DNA of 64,000 nt from Candidatus Latescibacterota bacterium. Lineage in GTDB: Bacteria; Latescibacterota; UBA2968; UBA8231. Under the pieces are notes generated by a model, which was given only the letters and a program-made list of their open reading frames with translations, was not told where the DNA came from and searched no databases. Location of the stretch: positions 4,224,001-4,288,000 of the forward strand of contig OZ220089.1 of NCBI GenBank assembly GCA_964291625.2, given 5' to 3'. This document shows positions 61,708 to 64,000 of the stretch, piece after piece. The first letter of the stretch is position 1. Each line of letters starts with the position of its first letter. The translations under genes and the position numbers were made by a program.

Positions 61708-62517
61708 TCAGAAGATCTCCAGAACCGGCCGGCCTTCCCAGTCTTCGGCCAATGGCAGATCCAGGACGTGGGCGAGTGTCGGCGCCGTATCGATGATGCT
61801 CACCGGCTGCTCGATCTCGCCGGTCTTGCGGATCTTCGCTCCCGCCGCGATCCACGGGATCGTCAGGTCCTCGGGCATGTCGGTTCCGTGGCTCTGCCCG
61901 TGCCCGCCGTGGTCGCTCTGGAGGAGGATGAAGTAGCGGTCCAGGAGACCCGCTCTCTCCAGTTCCTCCAACAGGATCCCGATCGCCCGGTCCGCGGCGC
62001 CGATCTGCTCGATGTACTCGGCGGACATCCAGCCATGCCGGTGTCCCACGATGTCCACGATCCCCAGGTAGACGAAGCAGAAGTCCGGCTCCTCCGCCGC
62101 CAGGTGCTCCGCCGCGACGCGCCCCATCGTCAGGTCGCCCTCCGGCTCGTCGAGGTTGGCCCGGTAGTAGGAGAAGTCCAGGGAGCCCGGCCCCGCCAGG
62201 TCCCGGAGCTGCTCCCAGTTGTAGACGAAGGCCGTCTTGCGGCTCTCGGCGTGGGCGGCCTCGGCGATGCTCGGAACGGGCCGCACCATGGGCACCCACG
62301 TGTTGGTGGTGATGCCGTGCCGCGACGGCGTCACGCCGCGGAACATCGAGGTGTGGCACGGCAGGGTGGAGGAGGGGACGACGCTCTGCGCGTTGAGAGT
62401 GTAGGCCCCCCGTGCCATCAGGCTGTCGATGGCCGGCGTCTCCGCCTGCTCGATGCCGTCGGGGCGGCAGCCGTCGATGACGATGAGGATGGTGCCGCAA
62501 CCACTGGGACTCTGCAT
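61708..62517 (-). CDS. alkaline phosphatase superfamily protein (nucleotide pyrophosphatase/phosphodiesterase-like)
   Basis: IDGCRPD, PSSTLPCHTS, DIVGH, SDHGG, DTAPT; AGGAG RBS. Confidence 0.88.
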   Translation of the reverse strand: MQSPSGCGTILIVIDGCRPDGIEQAETPAIDSLMARGAYTLNAQSVVPSSTLPCHTSMFRGVTPSRHGITTNTWVPMVRPVPSIAEAAHAESRKTAFVYNWEQLRDLAGPGSLDFSYYRANLDEPEGDLTMGRVAAEHLAAEEPDFCFVYLGIVDIVGHRHGWMSAEYIEQIGAADRAIGILLEELERAGLLDRYFILLQSDHGGHGQSHGTDMPEDLTIPWIAAGAKIRKTGEIEQPVSIIDTAPTLAHVLDLPLAEDWEGRPVLEIF

Positions 62518-62826
62518 GGGATGTCTCCTCCGCGTGTGATCCTGCAAGTAGAGCCAGGTTCCGAACTCGCTGCCAAACATAAGCTCTTCCGCGGTGCTTC
62601 CCGTGGGCCGCCGCGGTAGAGGTCGTCGAAGCGGTCGAGGATCTCGCGAGGGGTCGACTCGCCCGGAGCCGGGGCGGCGGGGATGGTCTTCATGCCGGGG
62701 TCGGTGCGGAAGCGCGGTTCCGGACCAATATACGGGACGGATGGATCAGGACCCCGACCTTACGGAAGGTAGCCGTCGAGGCGGTTATCTTTGCGGGGGC
62801 CACCGGGCGGGTGGTCCGGGTCGCGG

Positions 62827-63696
62827 ATGGAGCCCCTCGTCAACAGGGAGTTGCAGTTGGAAAGCGCAGCCAGGCAGTCGAGCCGGCCGATCTGGGAAGC
62901 CGAAGTGCTCCAGTACCGCCGGACCTTCGTGTCAGCAGCCCTGGGCGGAGACGGCGCCGTCCGGACCTTCGCGCGCAACGAGCGGGGCCGGGACTTCGTC
63001 GTCGGCGACATCCACGGGATGTACTCCGCCCTCGAACGCTTCCTCGAGGAGCTCTCCTTCGACCCGGGCACGGACCGGCTGTTCTCGGTGGGTGACCTGA
63101 TCGACCGCGGCCCCGAATCGGAGGCAGCGTTCCAATGGGTGACCGGGCGCGAATGGTTCCACGCCATCCGCGGCAACCATGACCAGTTCCTGCTGGACGC
63201 GGCGGCCGATCCGGCGGGGGAACGGGGGGAGGAGTGCAGCGTGTGGGACTACAACGGCGGAGGGTGGTGGAACGCGGTTCCGGCGTCGGCTCGGGGCGCT
63301 TACGTGGGGGCCTTCTCCAGGCTGCCCTTTGCCGCCGAGGTGGACTGCGAGATCGGGCCTGTCGGCATCGTCCACGCCGATGTCCCCGAGGACCGCACGT
63401 GGGAGGAGTTTCTCTCCGCCCTGCGGGACGGCAGCCGCGAGGACAGCTACCACGCCATCTGGTCCCGCCGCCGCATGGAGCGGTACGTCTACGGCGGCTC
63501 CGCTGAAGCGCCTGCCGTGGAAGGGCGGGTGGCGTGCGTCATCTGCGGCCACGCCCGCGGGCGCCGGGCGGAGAGGCTGGCCAATCTGTGGATGATCGAC
63601 ACCGGGGCGGCCTACACCCGGGCGATGCCGGGCTCCCGCTTCACCATCGCCCGGATCCACCCGGGGCCGGTGGAGCTGTTCGAGCATCCCACGTAA
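62827..63696 (+). CDS. PPP-family Ser/Thr protein phosphatase-like metallophosphoesterase (PphA/NinI-like)
   Basis: GDIHG, GDLIDRG, RGNHD, CGH, IDTG; start uncertain (62827 or GTG 62929). Confidence 0.85.
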   Translation: MEPLVNRELQLESAARQSSRPIWEAEVLQYRRTFVSAALGGDGAVRTFARNERGRDFVVGDIHGMYSALERFLEELSFDPGTDRLFSVGDLIDRGPESEAAFQWVTGREWFHAIRGNHDQFLLDAAADPAGERGEECSVWDYNGGGWWNAVPASARGAYVGAFSRLPFAAEVDCEIGPVGIVHADVPEDRTWEEFLSALRDGSREDSYHAIWSRRRMERYVYGGSAEAPAVEGRVACVICGHARGRRAERLANLWMIDTGAAYTRAMPGSRFTIARIHPGPVELFEHPT

Positions 63697-63735
63697 CTGG
63701 ATGGACCGCTTGACCCGGTCCCGGGAGGCCATCGA

Positions 63736-63978
63736 ATGAGCAGGAAACCAGACTACAGAGGCACTGCCAAGGTGTTCTGGAGTGGTGGCAGCCAGGCCGT
63801 GCGCCTGCCCGCCCCATGCCGGTTCGAGACTTCCGAAGTCGAGATCGTCAAGGTGGGCGACGAGGTGACCCTGCGGCCGCTCCGCAAGAACTGGCGCGCC
63901 TGGTTCGATTCCGGCTCCCGCGGCTCCCTGTCCCCGCGGGACCAGCCCGACCCCGAGGAGCGGGACCGCATCCGATGA
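63736..63978 (+). CDS. vapB: VapB-like antitoxin (AbrB/MazE fold)
   Basis: AKVFWSGGSQAVRLP, RDQP; GGAGG RBS. Confidence 0.85.
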   Translation: MSRKPDYRGTAKVFWSGGSQAVRLPAPCRFETSEVEIVKVGDEVTLRPLRKNWRAWFDSGSRGSLSPRDQPDPEERDRIR

Positions 63979-64000
63979 TGCTCATGCGGGTCCGCGGTCA

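Noticed and set aside
62518-62826. Small ORFs between the two phosphatase genes
   Set aside because: No recognisable motifs; likely intergenic or remnant sequence.

Overview
A GC-rich (roughly 70% by eye) bacterial chromosomal window. Gene content (LptD-like, PorZ-like propeller, DUF4159/DUF4175/MoxR/DUF58, DUF6785-like paralogues) suggests a diderm FCB-type lineage such as Latescibacterota or Gemmatimonadota; this is inference only. In order: (1) 1-15 kb accessory region with two closely related DUF6784/6785-like membrane-protein paralogues, a creatininase-family amidohydrolase, an ASPIC/UnbV (CRTAC1-like) + TPR + ABC-exporter block, and an OPT-like transporter with unusual inserted domains; (2) tRNA-Lys(CTT); (3) a long housekeeping run: TPR, efp, gcvH, HNH, scpA, scpB, rluB, cmk, rpsA, mutS, rlmB, lptD-like, dtd, maf, rodZ-like, priA, propeller, DUF4159, DUF4175, TPR, MoxR, DUF58; (4) sufBCDSUT plus an Rrf2 regulator; (5) a variable right end with a phosphoesterase, a NucS-like nuclease, a SMUG1-type UDG, a broken uxuA-like gene, cysH-cysC-sat, an XRE-ImmA regulator with a broken PIN gene, a frameshifted DUF1028 gene, two phosphatases and vapB. 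The most striking signal is an apparently complete cysteine-sensing transcriptional attenuator ahead of cysH-cysC-sat: a leader ORF with 7 consecutive Cys codons, an antiterminator arm and an intrinsic terminator. All family calls come from recalled motifs, not database searches.
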